Shown piece after piece: positions 12,055 to 26,468 of a DNA stretch of 64,000 nt (position 1 is its first letter; every line of letters starts with the position of its first letter). The position numbers were made by a program, and so were the translations under genes. The notes beneath the pieces were generated by a model that did not search any database, was not told the origin of the DNA, and saw only the letters and a list, made by a program, of their open reading frames with translations. Source of the DNA: Octopus vulgaris (Eukaryota); assembly GCA_951406725.2 (NCBI GenBank), contig OX597833.1:21080001-21144000 (forward strand), read 5' to 3'.

Positions 12055-13299
12055 TTGCTATGATGTAAAAGTATCTTAAGTCCAAAACGTTGCTCTTTCA
12101 GAAAATGTAAAAACAGTTTTACCCTTCCATTTCTTTTTACATTAGCAACAGTTTCAGCTTCACAATAATACTTTGTTGGGTGCATAAAAGCGTAATTCCA
12201 TGCATGTATGATATTTTCAGTCAGAAATATTTTTGCAAGACTGTCGTATGTGGGACTTACTACACTTTTGAAAAATGCTAAACAGTTGTACTACACTTTG
12301 ACAATTTTCATATCTTGGCATCTGAAGCAGCTGAAGATACGATAGTTTGACCAAAAGAACCGGCTATTGCAAGCAAAAATAAATATTGAAAAAAAAAAAC
12401 GCATTTGGAAAAATTTGGACAGTTTAGCATAATAGCAACGATATAATCTTGTTCCTTTGGATCCATCAAACGTGGAGAGAGAAGACATGCTTCATGGGCA
12501 ATAACCTTTCCTCTATACCATACTGTCCAAGCTTTGATCTTCTTGAACGCTCTATACTAGAGGGATAGAACCAGACAATTTGAATAACACCAGGACAGTC
12601 CAGAAGTGCGGCGTGTGTGGCAGAGACTGCGATTCTTGTAATGGACTGTTGCACAGGGACTTTCATCCATTGTCATTAATGACAGACAGAAGTCTCAAAG
12701 ATATATAATCTTGGTAAACCCTAATTTTTCTTATTTCTTATGATTATGTATCTACGAATGCAACTATTTTGAATAAATTGCTTTGGATTACATATCGTTA
12801 TCATGGCCTTTCATACATTGGCATCACCTTTAAACAATTCATCTCACACAATGCTCAGGAATTCTAAAAACGTTTATCTCACACATTTGGACTACACAGA
12901 AAGCAAGGGAGATAAGTATTCCACACATTAAGCTTTCTGACATATCGTTTCCAGATATCTATTTTATCTCTGGGATATTTTTGCAGTTAAGGCTTTGAAG
13001 GTTGCAGAAAGGTAAGTTATGGGTCTCTAATTTACAGGCTTTTTGTTTTTTATACTTTATACTTTGATATTAAGAAGGGTTTTCTCCTGAGGATTATCTT
13101 CGCCTCTATCAGTACCTTGTTAGCCATCTTTACTGGACAGGTTAAATATCGTACCTAGAAGTTTGCATTTAAGTCAAAAAGCTTCTCTCTGAAAGCCCTG
13201 AACTTTGAGAAGAAATTCTCTAATATTAACGACCTTGATATTGTAAATAACTGTAAATGCACTCATATTGAGCGACTCTTATTGCGACTCATAATGAGT

Positions 13300-13950
13300 T
13301 AAAAAGGAAGGTGACTCATGGGTCGATGTCTCAATGAAAAACTACGGCGGAGATAAAATCGCCGATCATTTTTGATTATTTATCCCGAACGTCCTTAGAA
13401 AGCGCAACTAGCAAAGATTCGGATTATAATTGAGACGACGACCTGACAGTTTCAAGTAATATGAGTGTTAACATTATGGATGCTGTTAGGAAAGAACTTT
13501 AACAAGAATCTTCAAGGAGTTGACTTAAGCATAACTACCATTTTTTGTCTAACTACAATCAAATTCTTAGCCATTATTTTACGTCTTAAAACAGATGCAT
13601 ATTACTCATTCAGAAAGTTGAATGATGAAATTGTATATATTGATAGTAATACTAGTCAGCCCACAACTATAATTAGAAACTTAGCGGTTAACGTTAATAA
13701 AAGATTTTACAATTTATACTCAAGCCAATATATCTTTGATTGCACCACAACCCATAGCGTGTCATGCGCGAGGTGTAGCATCAGTGAGAATTTATCAAGT
13801 ACAGATGATCAAGGAAGATAAATGTAACTTGGTTCAATCCTCCGTTCAACTTAGGTGGTTCCACAAACACGCGCAGAAGCTTTTTATCTCCTCATTAGAC
13901 GTAGTTTCTTAAGGAGAGATAAAAATAAGCTTTTTAATGTACATATGGCT
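13300..13950 (+). pseudogene. Decayed Penelope-like RT remnant
   Basis: YYSFRKLNDEIVYIDSNTSQPTTIIRNL..SSQYIFD and downstream NVTWFNPPFN, matching VIWFTPPYS of the element at about 36290. Several stops and frameshifts. Confidence 0.75.
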
Positions 13951-13974
13951 AAGTTTAATTAATCTTTCTGCTTT

Positions 13975-14187
13975 TGCATATCTTTTGCTTATTTCAGTCA
14001 TTAGACTTCGACCATGCTGGAGCACTGCCTTGCGGAATTTTGGTCGAATGAATCCACCCCAGTACTTATTTTTAAAAAAAAGTACGGGTATTTATTCTAT
14101 CGGTCCATTTTGCTGAATCGCTAAGTTGCGGGTACGTAAACACACCCACACCGGTTGTCAAACGGTGGGTGGATTGGACAAATACAG

Positions 14188-14229
<42 letters not shown>

Positions 14230-14458
14230 TCTCTCTCTCTCTCTCACTCTTTCTCTCATATATATGTGTATGTGTGTATGTGGATATATATATATATATA
14301 CGACGGGCTTCTTTCAATTTCCATCTACTAAATCCACTCACAAGGCTCTGGTCGGTCCGATGCTATAGTAGAAGATACTCACCCAAGGTGCTAAGCAGGG
14401 GTATTGAACCCAGAACCATGTGGTTGGGAAGTAAACTTATTATCACACAGCCACGCCT
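13975..14458 (-). mobile_element. CORE-type SINE (OR1-like), diverged
   Basis: Family similarity; internal (CT)n/(TA)n. Confidence 0.8.
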
Positions 14459-14662
14459 GTGTGGTAACACAAAAAGACATACAACTATGCAGACCCGACT
14501 AACCAACATTGATGCAGCCCTAACCATCCCTTGTCAATCATACCTTCTTAACCCTGACACCATACAACCGCATTCCCTGAAGTCCCTAACCTCCTCACCA
14601 ATATTTTCCTTCCTACCACTTTCCCTCATTCATTTTCCTCCTTTATTTTTCTCCTACATTAA

Positions 14663-14696
14663 TTTTTGATGAAAGACTAGTATCCGAAATGTCAAG
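14663..14696 (+). ncRNA. Decayed minimal hammerhead-like motif
   Basis: TTT-TTGATGA-A-AGA..TCC-GAAATGT-C-AAG, downstream of a DTIQPHSL peptide resembling a GIY-YIG C-terminus. Confidence 0.4.
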
Positions 14697-15295
14697 AGCC
14701 ACACCCTTCCTTTTAAGTGTCAAACAAATGGAACAGTTGTCAAAACTTGTCCCTCCTACGTTTGTCTTTTTTGTTTTTGTGCTTTATTTTCAGTACGCTT
14801 TTTGTACGCAATTACCCATAGGATTAATATTTTATGCTGTAACTGTTACAGAATTCATCCGATTTTGATTAAATTCGACATTTAGGTAAAGTTTAATGTC
14901 GAAGTAATGTAGTAGAATTAAAATTAAACTGGTGAAAGGCAGAAATCGTCAAAATTCACTCACAACAAAATAATGAACAGATTTTGAAGAAAATTGAGCC
15001 ATTAGTAAAATTAACATCGATTATTCATATAATGTATTGGGATTTAAAAGTCAATGGGGTATTTTCATGTAAATGGTCAGTGGATTCTATTGTATGATAT
15101 AACCGTAACCCTTTTTTTCCCGATTTTGCTGCAATTGGACACGCTGATCAATTTTGTACAGGGGATGGCATTAAGGGGAGAGAGATAAACAAACATCACT
15201 CTCAATGGGTCGAGGTACACCCAAAAGTTTCACTGTGATTTCAGACGGTGCAGTATGTAAGAGTATGTCGAAAGCGTTAACCGGGTAAAAACCGT

Positions 15296-15875
15296 TAGAT
15301 ATACTATTAAATTAGTATCTAATTCTCTCACCCTTATTAATTAATTATAATTATGCTACATTTATTTCTAAATGCAGTATTTGTTTTCCGTGAAAGTTTG
15401 GTGCGCTGTTAGTAGGGGCATTTGAATTATAACGTCGGATGTAATCAATTGAACCACACGTGTATTTATCGTTATGGTAAAATCTGGCGTGTGATTGAGT
15501 GGATTTCATCCAGATAGTTTTGGCTGAGGAGCTACAAGTGGATTTTTTTGTAAGTAAAATTACATTTAATTCATTAATAGCGAAACAATTGTCCCAAAAT
15601 AATCTGTATTTTTGTTATTTTTTATTTGCCCTGTCCGTGTGAGCTAACAATCGTACTGACTTTCATGGGAAACATGTATTTTTGTGGTCGAAACCTTTTG
15701 GATTAACTAGTGCTAGAGTGAGCCATATAGTGACCACTCTCTTATATTTATTTTGTAAAAATATTATAATATATTATAAAATATTATAATAATCCAGGTT
15801 TCTCGGAGCACTAGGCCACTTGGTGTTGAATAGATATACTATTAAATTAGTATCTAATTCTCTCACCCTTATTAA

Positions 15876-15884
<9 letters not shown>
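15296..15884 (+). mobile_element. ORF-less hammerhead-bearing element with 54-bp terminal direct repeats (retrozyme/pLTR-like)
   Basis: 15296-15349 equals 15831-15884 (period 535). Ends in (TA)n. A homologous 3' end lies at 17630-17720 (-). Confidence 0.75.
15511..15606 (+). ncRNA. Type I hammerhead ribozyme, canonical core
   Basis: Stem I cagat.GTTTTGG / CCAAAAT.atctg; CTGAGGA 15524-30; stem II GCTA/TAGC; GAAA 15582-85; CAATTG; GUC site, predicted cleavage after 15593. Confidence 0.88.
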
Positions 15885-15923
<39 letters not shown>

Positions 15924-16647
15924 ATGTGTGTGTGTGTATGTGTGTTTATGTATATATGTATGTATGTGTGTGTATATATATATATACATACAAACATACA
16001 CGCACACATACATACAAAAATACACACTCATTCATTCATACATGCATGTATACATACATACATGCATACATACATGCATGCATGCATGCATACATACATA
16101 CATACATACATACATACATACATACATACATACATACATACATACATAAAGGTACCGATATTGCAGAGTCAGTCCAGCGTTAGACATAATGCCTTTCAGT
16201 GAATGCTATGGATCGCTGGGTTCTCAGTTCAAATTCCATCAACTTTGTCTTTCCTCAATCGATAAATGGAATACCAAGTACTGAGTACATCTCTCTCTTC
16301 CACCCTCAGTCTCTCTTTTCTTAAATATTTTTCTCTTTCTCTCTCTTCTGCCTATTTTTACTCTCTCTTTCTCTCCCTTTCTCTCTCTCTCTCTCCCTTT
16401 CTCTTATTCGTAATTGATTACCTTGCACTGTGAGAAACGTCGTGGGAGACAATTCACACACGCAGCATCCCGTTGATCAGAGATGAAGATGGAGCAATGA
16501 GTGGGAAGCTGTTTCTTCTTATAGATAAACATATATGTACACATAAGGTACGGCACATATCTAAAGAGGGATACGTTGTGATGCACAGCACGGTTCAGAC
16601 GGAAATAAGGATTACATACATACATACGCACACATCAAAGCATTCAT

Positions 16648-16706
<59 letters not shown>

Positions 16707-16742
16707 TATTATATGATCGAACGCATGACATCATTTTCCAAG

Positions 16743-16808
<66 letters not shown>

Positions 16809-16903
16809 GTGCATATATATACATATATGTATATATATATGCATATATATGTATATATATGTATATATATATATGTGTATGTATTTATATATATATATAT
16901 ATA

Positions 16904-17276
16904 GGCGCAGGAGTGGCTGTGTGGTAAGTAGCTTGCTAACCAACCACACGGTTGCGGGTTCAGTCCCACTGCGTGGCATCTTGGGCAAGTGTCTTCTGCT
17001 ATAGCCCCGGGCCGACCAATGCCTTGTGAGTGGATTTGGTAGACGGAAACTGAAAGAAGCCTGTCGTATATATGTATATATATGTATATGTGTGTGTGTT
17101 TATGTGTCTGTGTTTGTCCCCCTAGCATTGCTTGACAATCGATGCTGGTGTGTTTACGTCCCCGTCACTTAGCGGTTCGGCAAAAAGATACCGATAGAAT
17201 AAGTACTAAAAGGTGGTGCTCCAGCATGGCCGCAGTCAAATGACTGAAACAAGTAAAAGAGTAAAAGAGTAAAGAG
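16904..17276 (+). mobile_element. CORE-type SINE (OR1-like)
   Basis: Full head and gtaaaagag tail repeats. Confidence 0.9.
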
Positions 17277-17314
<38 letters not shown>

Positions 17315-17407
17315 TTCATAGATGCCACTTTCCGAGCGTTAAACTAATACATCTGTTTGTTGTTTAAACTCCCGTCTTTTTGTAATTTCTCAATTGTATA
17401 AATATAT

Positions 17408-17512
<105 letters not shown>

Positions 17513-17561
17513 CATATATATAAAGAATATATATATATATATATACATACATATATATATA

Positions 17562-17637
<76 letters not shown>

Positions 17638-17729
17638 AATGAGGGTGAAAAATCGATATTAATTTAATAATACCATTAATTTAACACCAAGCAGCTTAGC
17701 ACAAAAGACTACGGAGAAAATACAAATTT

Positions 17730-17780
<51 letters not shown>

Positions 17781-17781
17781 A

Positions 17782-17990
17782 AGTTAATCCAAACAAGAAA
17801 GCACAAAAAAACACAACAACGCGAGGACGTGGAACAAATTATAGTATTATTGGACGCTCAGGAAAGAAGGAAAGAAGGAGGGTTTAACGTTTCGAGCGGA
17901 GCTCTTCGTCGGAAACATAGGAGAATGAAAGATCCAGAGAAGGGAAGACAGAGGAAAAAAAAGAAAAAATCGCCAACGGTACACACGCGA
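17782..17990 (-). mobile_element. pLTR-like repeat with minimal hammerhead (17882-17916)
   Basis: GUUU-CCGACGA-A-GAGC-UCC-GCUC-GAAACGU-U-AAAC, embedded in (TA)n. Tail homolog at 24230-24330. Confidence 0.65.
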
Positions 17991-18074
17991 TCATACATAT
18001 ATGTATATATATACATATATATATGTATGCATATATATATATATATACATATATGTATATATGTATATATATAT

Positions 18075-18156
<82 letters not shown>

Positions 18157-18223
18157 ATGTATGTATGTATATATATGTATGTATGTATATGTATGTATAT
18201 ATATATATATATGTATGTATGTA

Positions 18224-18275
<52 letters not shown>

Positions 18276-18386
18276 GTGAGAAATTACAAAAAACAAAAGA
18301 CGAAGACGGGTGTTTAAACAACAAACATACGTATTAGTTTAACGCTCAGGAAGTGGCATCTATTAATCAATCTCTCTCCCTCTCTC

Positions 18387-18436
<50 letters not shown>

Positions 18437-18482
18437 CATACACACATGTATATATACATATATATACATATATGTATATATA

Positions 18483-18539
<57 letters not shown>

Positions 18540-18542
<3 letters not shown>

Positions 18543-18975
18543 GGCGTTCGAGCATATAATAATATAAATATATGCATATATATTTATATTATTATAAAGA
18601 ATTTTTTTTCGAACAACGAAAAAAACAGAGAAATGCGACATGCAACATAAAGAATATTCCCCTTCATCAGTTGTCCCTGTTTCATTTACTCCGCGTCACG
18701 AAGGTAAGGACAATACGTGACTTCGTCGAAGCAGTTCTTCTCGTAAAGCAAATTAAATATAATTCGGGATTTTTTGCGGAGTGTAAAAGTGGTAAGAAAA
18801 CCAATACAGTGAGAACAAGACAGTAAAAACAAACGTTGAGGGCTGTTAAGCCAAGACGATGTGAAAAATAGGAACGCTGGAAAGATGAGCTATGAGAAGA
18901 GACAAGTAAAAACACGTCTTGTCTTTACGAAGGAAGTAAAAGAAAGAAAATAGATCGCCTTTCGTCACGTGTCAG
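18540..18975 (-). mobile_element. Interspersed (TA)n-associated repeat, probably pLTR-derived
   Basis: Segments recur at 19190-19392 (-), 58828-59015 (+) and 16700-16742 (+). Confidence 0.55.
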
Positions 18976-18979
18976 CGAC

Positions 18980-19024
<45 letters not shown>

Positions 19025-19387
19025 GAAGAGAGGGAACGGTGAAGGGAAGAGGAGAAGAATAGTGAAAGGGTGGGAGAGAAAACCAGAAAGGAAGAAGAAC
19101 AAGAGAAGGAGATAGACAAAGAAGAGATAGAAGAGATAGGAGAAGAGTGCGCATCGTAATTATTAAGATAAAACTTACTTGGAAGTAATAATAATATAAA
19201 TAATATATAAATATATGCATATATATATACGTATAAGTACATACCTACATATTTATGTATATATACATGCATATATGGCTACAATGAGAGATGAAAACAT
19301 AAAAACAAAAACATAGGAAACGAACTTTTTCTCGAACAACGAAAAAAAAAAAAGAAAACCAAGACATGCAACATAAAGAACATTCCC

Positions 19388-19423
<36 letters not shown>

Positions 19424-19545
19424 CATATATATATATATCCCTCTCTATATATATATACATGTGTGTGTGTATGTATACACACACATATATATATATATGT
19501 ATATATATATATGTATGTATGTATATATATATATGTATGTGTATA

Positions 19546-19583
<38 letters not shown>

Positions 19584-20104
19584 ATTTTTACAGTCTTGTA
19601 ATGAGGTGACGTGTTTACTGAAGATACACAGAGAGACAAACACACATGCACACACACATCACCCACGACTACCTTCACTGCAACCACCACCACCACCGCC
19701 ACCACCACCACAACAACAATTGCACATGCATGCTCCCACCCCACACCACGCCCCTTTCAACAAAATCCAGCGCTAATCAGCCGACATAAGCAAAAGGCAA
19801 ATTTATTGTGCAGCTTCATTAGCTGAAGTAAGATTAAAAACAAGAAGCACATGGATGCTCCTGTAGGAGACATAAATAAAGAACAAAAGCCGATCCGCGC
19901 AGTTCTGCATCAAATTGTCCCAAGTTAAGGAGAACGACGGCACACGAAGAAGAGAATCACAATAGAATGAAATAACCAGCCTAAGAGGATTATTTCACTA
20001 CAAAGCCAATATTAGACTATGCATATGTATATCTCCATATCTCTATATCCATAAGAATATGTACGTGCATGTGCATACATGTATGGATTATGCATATATC
20101 TGAT

Positions 20105-20146
<42 letters not shown>

Positions 20147-20198
20147 GTATATATATATCCATATATATATATATATATCCGTATATATATATATATCC

Positions 20199-20237
<39 letters not shown>

Positions 20238-20239
<2 letters not shown>

Positions 20240-20465
20240 CGTAGGAGTGCTTGTGTAGTAAGTAGCTTGCTTACCAACCACATGGTTCCTGGTTCAGTCT
20301 CACTGCGTGGCACCTTAGGCAAGTGTCTTCTACTATAGCCTCGGGCTGACCAAAGCATTGTGAGTGGATTTGGTAGACAGAAACTGAAAGAAATTTGCTT
20401 GATTAAAGGCTATGCTCCAGCATGGCTGCAGTCAAATGACTGAAACAAGTAAAAGCATAAAAGAG
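20238..20465 (+). mobile_element. CORE-type SINE (OR1-like), internally deleted
   Basis: Head plus CORE joined directly to the tail. Confidence 0.85.
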
Positions 20466-20836
20466 TATATACATATATGCATATACATGTGTGTGTGTGT
20501 GTGTGTGTGTGTGCATATAACTGGCACTCCGTCGGCTGCGACGACGAGTGTTTCAGTTAAACCGATCAGCGGAACAGCTTGTTCGTGACGTTAATGTGGA
20601 AGCGGTTGAGCACTTAACAGACACGAATGCGCTTAACGTAATTCTCAGAAAGATTCAACGTGACACAGAATGTGACAAGCCTGTCTGGCCCTTCACCCGA
20701 GCATACAGACGCTCTCATATATATATATATATAAGAGAAGAAAATGGATACAATTAGCAATGGAAAACTCATGGTTTACGCTGACATGTCTTTAATTAAA
20801 TAGGTAACATAAAAGTTAGAAGCAGAGATGAGGGTG

Positions 20837-20887
20837 GCATTTACGATCGTTTCGATTTACTGGAGTAAGTAAATTGCTTCCGAATGC
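20837..20887 (-). ncRNA. Hammerhead fold with mutated core
   Basis: GCAUU-CGGAAGC-AAUUUACU..AGUAAAUC-GAAA-CGAUCG-UA-AAUGC. Confidence 0.6.
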
Positions 20888-21142
20888 GAGTATAGATAGA
20901 TGCATCGGTTAGGATACAAAAATGATTGATACATATGTGATGGTAATGTAAACAAATTGGTAATTCTTTGTATGTGTATTTGTATGTGCATGTGTATTTG
21001 TATGTGCATGTGTATTTGTATGTGCATGTGTGTGTGTGTGTGCGTGCATTGTCTGGGTTAACTTGTTCAGAGGGAAATAGGCCACATAAAATAGAGAACT
21101 TAAAGTATTGGACAGTGCCAGTATAATTTATTAACCAATTAA

Positions 21143-21600
21143 GGCTGCGAGCTGCCAGAAACTTTAGCACTCGGGCGAAATGCTTGACGGTATTTCGTCT
21201 GCCGTTACGTTCTGAGTTCAAATTCCGCCAAGGTCGACTTTTTTTCATCCTTTCGGGGTCGATAAATTAAGTACCAGTTACGTACTGGGGTCGATGTAAT
21301 CGATTGACCTCATTCCCCCAAATTTCGGGCTTTGTACCTTTGTCTATCGTTGTTTGTTCCCTCTATGTTTAACCCCTTGTGGGCAATAAAGAAATAAGAA
21401 ACGTTAGCACGCCGGGCGAAATGTTTAACGATATTTCGTCTGTCTTTACGTTCTGAGTTCAAATTCCGCCGGGCACGAATTTGCCTTTCATCCTTTCGGA
21501 GTCGATAAATTACGTACCGATTGCGTACTGGGGTCGATCTAATCGACTGACATCATTCCCCCAAATTTCGAGCCTTGTGCCTAGAATAGAAAAGATTATT
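21143..21600 (+). mobile_element. Head-to-tail dimer of Meta-type SINE
   Basis: Monomer 1 ends aataaagaaata and runs into agaaacgttagc of monomer 2, which ends in the alternative tail. Confidence 0.88.
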
Positions 21601-21775
21601 TATTAATCAATGAGTTTAACAAAATGTATTTAAAAAATGAGACCAACAAAATATATTTTGTTTCGTCTAATGAGTCTTCGGTCAAAATAAAATATAGTTT
21701 GCTAAAGCCGTGATTGTTAATAAAAAGTTTCATATGCATATACATACATACATACATACATACATACATACATAC

Positions 21776-22182
21776 GTAGGAGTGGCTGTGTGGTAAGTAG
21801 CTTGCTTACCAACCACATGGTTCCGGGTTCAGTCCCACTGCGTGGCACCTTGGGCAAGTGTCTTCTACTATTGCCTCGGACCGACCAAAGCTTTGTGAGT
21901 GAACTAGGTAGACGGAAACTGGAAGAAGCCCGTCGTATATATGTATATATATATATGTATGTGCGTGTATGTTTGTGTGTCTGAGCTTGTCCTCCCAACA
22001 TCGCTTGACAACCGATGCTGGTGTATTTACGTCCCCGTAATTTAACGGTTCAGCAAAAGAGACCCATAGAATAAGTACTAGGCTTACAAAGAATAAGTCC
22101 TGGGCTCGATTTGCTCGACTAAAGGTGGTGCTCCAGCATGGTCACAGTCACATGACTGAAACAAGTAAAAGAGTTAAAGAGT
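21776..22182 (+). mobile_element. CORE-type SINE (OR1-like)
   Basis: Family similarity over the full length. Confidence 0.9.
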
Positions 22183-22245
22183 ATACATGCATACAAACAT
22201 ACATATATACGTACGTACGTAGAACCAAAAATGTAGATTATATTA

Positions 22246-22394
22246 TATTTCCGAGGAAGACAGCACACACGTGATTAGCAGCTGCTCCATAATATCATCT
22301 AGGTACTACCGCTCTTTGTGGCATAACGCTAACACAAAGTCAATATAAAACACCATCCGGGGAAAAGGCTGTCCTGAAATAAATATAGAGAATC
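22246..22394 (+). ncRNA. Candidate hammerhead with about 100-nt loop II
   Basis: CCGAGGA-AGACAGC..GCTGTCC-T-GAAA-TAAATA-TA; stem I is weak. Confidence 0.4.
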
Positions 22395-23785
22395 TTCCTG
22401 TAATTGAATACTTACATAGACATCAAAGCAAGAAATACTGGTGGAGTATTTCCATCAAAACATCTGGGAAGTGTAAACATAAGAGGCTGGATATGATTGT
22501 TTGGGACAGACTAACGTAAACGGTATCACGATACTTGTAAATTATTTAAGGCGATATAAAAACTCATATCCTTTTACCTGGACTTCAAATTTAAGCAAAG
22601 ATCTACTTCGTTGCTATGTAAAAGTCCGTGGTAGCCTTTCTATCGGATATATGAAGCGGTTAAAAATACTAGGACGAAGCTCCTCCAAACTAGAACTTTC
22701 TGTCCGCAGTCCTTGGATCTTTTCAATTTATTGAAAATTTTAAAATTTGGTACATTAATGTAGTTTTCCAAGCTGAAATTCGTGGAGATATTTCACTTTT
22801 TCTAGAAAAAAGTTTTTAAAACAGTTTTGGAGGTTTCAAGTTTGATCATTTTCACCTAGTCAAAAGACCGCATTTGGAAGTTGTCATTTTGTGCGTGACA
22901 GCAACTGTAAACAATTGAAATATTGACGGAATTCTTCTTTATGCACGCCATATAACCCCCTCATAAATTTTTTTATTTTTTGCAATTTTCAGAAAATTTT
23001 GCGAATTTGTATTCTACAAACGTTAATTCATACGATTATGCAAAAATCAAAACAAAATATTGGAGTGGGGGCGTGATTTAAGGGCTACTTAGCTGTTATT
23101 TTCAGCACATCTCACCACCAATTCAATGAATAGGATATATTTGCCAACACGTGCATTCTCGCAGACAAAAGAGTTCTCATGCTCGGCTTGTTACTAAAGA
23201 AACAGGCATGAATGTGTCCATGGTTTACGATTGGCTAAAATTACTCAAAATTTGCAAACTTTAATAGCTATTAATTCTTTATTGATTTAAGGCGTAAAAA
23301 TGAATTTAATGGCATTCATTATCATATAAAATCATACCATTACACCGAATATCAATTCAATTCAAACAAAAGCGCAAGAGATTGAAAATTGGCTTCCAAA
23401 CAGAAAAAAATCCCGATCCTTTAGAACATTTTCCATTGCATTACTTTTATTCACATCTTGTCCTCTCCTTGTCTCAGAGCCGTTCGGCCTTTACTCTGTT
23501 TACATATTGTATATCTATTTCTTCAAGGCACACGTAACTGTAGATTAGTTAGCTTCTGGTATTGTAATTCAGTTGATCGTACAGCAGGAATAGACGTCGT
23601 CGAAAGTGACGGAGATCCAGTTTAATTTTATATTTTATGGCGCGTATGTATGTCAGTAGGTACGTTTGTATTTTATGGACATGTGTGCGTTTGATGTGAG
23701 CTGCAATCTAGTAAAGTAGACATAAATCTCTTCTGCAAGAACGGCCTTGAATGGAATGGTTGAATGGAATGAAAAAGAACTATTC

Positions 23786-23843
<58 letters not shown>

Positions 23844-23982
23844 GTGTCTGTGTGTGTGTATGCATGTATTTATTAATATCTACATACACACACATACATA
23901 TATATATATGTATATATATATTCATATATATATACGTATATATATATGTATGTATGTATATATATATATATATATATATATA

Positions 23983-24061
<79 letters not shown>

Positions 24062-24110
24062 TATGCAGGCTGCGCATACGCACTGAGAGAGGCTATATCT
24101 ATCTATCTCC

Positions 24111-24191
<81 letters not shown>

Positions 24192-24195
24192 CATT

Positions 24196-24234
<39 letters not shown>

Positions 24235-24384
24235 AATCCAAACGGGAAACAAAAAAACAACAACAATGGAACAATTACAGTATTATTATTAATGGCGCTC
24301 AGGAAATGGAAGCAGGGAGATACACACATATACATACGTATCAAGTATCAAATCTTTACTCATATATGTATGTATATATATGTG

Positions 24385-24458
<74 letters not shown>

Positions 24459-24619
24459 AAGAGGGGGAGAGAGGGAGAAGCGACTGACAAACAGATATAA
24501 ATCTATGTTAGTTAATATTACAACTTCCTTCTGTGAAGTTGGTGTTGATATCGGAATTACGGCAATCCGTGGCAACATTGATACGACCAAACCATCCATC
24601 AACATCGCCGTAATCTTAG

Positions 24620-24694
<75 letters not shown>

Positions 24695-24743
24695 ACATCA
24701 TCATCATCATCATCATCATCATCATAATCATCATCATCACCAC

Positions 24744-24784
<41 letters not shown>

Positions 24785-24791
24785 ACATCAA

Positions 24792-24826
<35 letters not shown>

Positions 24827-24876
24827 ACATCGTCGTCGTCGTCATCATCATCATCATCATCATCATCAACATCATC

Positions 24877-24908
<32 letters not shown>

Positions 24909-25010
24909 CGTCATGATCACCATCATCGTCGTTGTCGTCGTCATCGAAATAAATCATCTTATCACCCACTTCCTTCTCATCATCATCATCATCATCATTG
25001 TCATCGTCGT
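24620..25010. repeat. (CAT)n microsatellite
   Basis: Direct inspection. Confidence 0.95.
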
Positions 25011-25186
25011 GGTCTGAGGAAGTATTTCGATACGCAGGACGTGTGCGAACATGTGCAGCCAAGTATTGTACAAATGTATATTCATAACTTTTATATACGA
25101 ATACGAAAAATCTGCATATTGATTTACACACGTGCACATACACACACACACACACGCATACATACATACATACACGCACACGAACA

Positions 25187-25225
<39 letters not shown>

Positions 25226-25338
25226 GTTACGCATATACTCATTTTCGTACATAATAGTTATGTACATATTTGTGTATATGTGTGTATGTATGTATGTATA
25301 TGTATGTATGCAAATATATATATACATATGTATGTGTG

Positions 25339-25391
<53 letters not shown>

Positions 25392-25571
25392 GAGATATAT
25401 ATATTTATATATATATATATATATGATGTATATAATATAATATATGCATTATAGTGACCACTCTCTTATATTTATTTTATATAATATATATATATATATA
25501 AATATATATATATAATATATATATATATTACATATATATAATATATATATGTACGTATGCATATTTATCTA

Positions 25572-25614
<43 letters not shown>

Positions 25615-25859
25615 CTATACACACACACGCACACAGACATATAGGCATACAGTCATGTATTTACACACACAAATACGTTCATGAACATTGTACGTTTGTG
25701 TTACATATCTGTGAGGAAACAGCGATCGATACAGAATTCTTAGAAGCTGTATTGTCTCCATGATATATACACCCTTTGATGCGTTTCATTGGTTCTAAGT
25801 GAATTTACTTGTTGGGTGCGTATATACATAAATGCATACATACAACATCCATATATACA

Positions 25860-25963
<104 letters not shown>

Positions 25964-26437
25964 TATACATATATATATATATATATACGTACATACTGCA
26001 TATATGCATACGATTATATATGTGTATGTGTACATATGTATATGTATATATACATATATATATATACATATATATGTGTGTGTGTGTATATGTATATACA
26101 TACATACACAGCTATTTATCTATTTATATGTATACACACATACATGCATATATACATACACACATGTTCTCTCGCTCTCTCTTTATATATATATTTATAT
26201 ATATACACATACATATATACATACATAGACAGCTATATATCTATTTATATCCACACACACACATAAATGCTTATATACATACACACAGGCTATCTCTGTG
26301 TCTGTCTGTCTGTCTGTCAGTCTGTCTCTCTCCCCCCTCTCTCTCTCTCTCCCTCTCTCTCTCTCTCTATATATATATATACACACACGCAGACACACAT
26401 ACGCGCGCACACAAATATACATGGATACATACATAAA

Positions 26438-26468
<31 letters not shown>

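Noticed and set aside
12170-12720. Possible mariner relic
   Set aside because: Only faint resemblance and no continuous motif.
18640-18735. Minus-strand CTGATGA with hairpin
   Set aside because: GAAA is missing. It may be a dead relic and is not counted as a ribozyme.
22660-23423. Possible non-autonomous DNA transposon
   Set aside because: TIRs and TSD could not be matched convincingly by eye.
25012-25040. gtCTGAGGAagtatttcGATAcgcaggac
   Set aside because: Needs three or more corrections to fit a minimal hammerhead, which is compatible with chance.
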